Shown here: positions 62,520 to 64,000 of the stretch, one piece after another
Layout: every line of letters starts with the position of its first letter
How positions within the stretch are numbered: the first letter of the stretch is position 1
Source: the human T2T-CHM13v2.0 reference genome, Homo sapiens
Assembly: GCF_009914755.1 (NCBI RefSeq)
Contig: NC_060932.1
Length of the DNA stretch: 64,000 bases
Direction: 5' to 3' (one strand)
The notes under the pieces: generated by a model
What the model was told of the DNA's origin: nothing
The model's input: the letters and a program-made list of their open reading frames with translations, nothing else
The model's database searches: none
Position numbers and translations under genes: made by a program

Positions 62520-64000
62520 CAGATGATTGAGATCATATAACATCTATTTAGAGGATCACACGGCTGCTTGAGGAGCTGGTAAAAAGAGACAGGGAGACCA
62601 TTTAATTAGCTTTGGCTGTAGGTGAAAGGCAGTGAAGCCAGAGTGACTGCTGATAGCAGTGAGGTGGTGAACAGATCAGATCTGTAGTACATTTAAAGAT
62701 AGAATGAAGTGCATTTGCTGATAGATGTAGGGTTTGAGGTAAAGAGAGATTAGAATGACTTTAATATTACAGGCCACCTGATAGAATAAAAGTAACACAG
62801 CCTGAAATGGAGAAATTTACAGGAGGAGCAAATTTGGTAAAATATATGAATCAAAAGTTTGATTTTATAAATACTGAGCTCGGGATGCTGACAGGCCTCA
62901 GATGTTGTGCAGACAGTTACGTGAAATCGCAGTTCAAAGTCATAGTGAAAACATAAATGTGGAGGGCCCAGTGTTGAAAACCATGGTGCTGGACATGCTC
63001 ACCTTGAAGGTGAGTGTAAGGAAAGTGCTGCGTGCTGAGCTGTGAGGCATTGCAGCATAAAGACTGAGAAGAGGAAAGACAGAGGGAAAGGAAAACAAGA
63101 GCCAAGCAATGAGTTAGGAGGATACCAAGGAAAGGACTGTGTTATGGGATGAACTGTGTTCCCTGAAATGGGTATGTTGATGCCCTAACCCCTCACGTGA
63201 CTAAATTTGCAGGTAGGGCCCCTCAAGAAGGAATTAATGTTAAGTGAAGTCTTAAGGACACTGCCCTGATCCAGTGACACTGGTGTCCTTATAAGGAGAG
63301 GAAGAGACAGCAGGATATCTGTGTGCAGAGAAAAGGCCAGTGAGGATGCAGGGAGAGATGACATTTACACACCAAGGAGAGAAGCCTCGGGAGAAACCAG
63401 ACCTGCTGGCACCATGATCTTGGACTTCCATACTCCAGGACTGTGAGAAAATACACTTCTGTTTTTAAAGCCACCTGGTCTGTGGCATTTTGTTGTGATA
63501 GCCGTAGCCAGCTAATACAAGTGATAACACAAAGTGCAATTAAGGAAAATATTTCAAAAAGGAGGAGTTGACCCCCTGTGTCAGATATTGCTGATTGGGC
63601 AAGCAAAACAAGCACTGAAGAATACCCACGAGATGGGGCACTTCCATGGCAGCCAACGGTTACCTTTCAGTGGCGTGGTAGTGCTCCAGACTGACCTGGG
63701 TAGGTTTAAGAGAGGAAGGGAGGAAAGCACACAGATAGAATGAGAAATGACAACACTTCTAGGAGCCTTGCTCCTAAGGGGAGCAGGAAAATAGGGAGAT
63801 AGCAAGAGAGAGGGAAAGAGGTGTCAGATCAAAGGAAGACATGTTACAGAAATTATTAAATGTCAGTATGTTTGTGTGAAAAGTACAAAAGAAAATGACA
63901 AACCAATGATTAGGAGAGATAGGGGACAACCGCAAGAATCTGCCACTGCCTGGGAGAGAAAGGAAATGATCCAGGGCACAGGTGGTTGTAGAAAGGGGCC
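62520..64000 (-). mobile_element. L2 fragment(s), interrupted by an MLT1 LTR
   Basis: ATTTAAAGATAGAA..GCATTTGCTGATAGAT, TGTCAGATATTGCTGA, CCAGACTGAC..GGTTTAAGAGAG L2-antisense motifs. Confidence 0.6.
63140..63519 (+). mobile_element. MLT1B/C-like solo LTR
   Basis: TGTTATGGGATGAACTGTGTTCCC...ATCTTGGACTTCC...ACTGTGAGAAAATA...GCTAATACA. Confidence 0.85.

Overview
Primate (most likely human) genomic DNA inside a very large minus-strand gene. The only host coding sequence I can support is one 72-bp, phase 2-2 leucine-rich-repeat exon (9717-9788, minus strand, (L)LLNNNHIRKISRNAFEGLENLLY(L)), absent from the ORF track, which I recognise as PXDNL (peroxidasin-like; exon 3 by my recollection). The rest is intron filled with Alu, L1, L2, MIR, MaLR/ERV LTRs and DNA transposon fossils; nearly all listed ORFs are repeat artefacts or L1 remnants. 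The most unusual structures are: (1) an old/young L1PA chimera followed by the displaced 3' half of the older element, the two 2340-bp-offset copies sharing private substitutions suggestive of local gene conversion; (2) an L1-Alu fusion at a 7-bp microhomology; (3) a ~1.5-kb, 37-bp-unit AT-rich, self-complementary minisatellite with a GATA motif in most units, inserted in an L1; (4) a ~17-kb nested L1 stack; (5) candidate enhancers. I see no convincing novel gene system. Repeat subfamily names come from recalled consensus sequences, not from a search.
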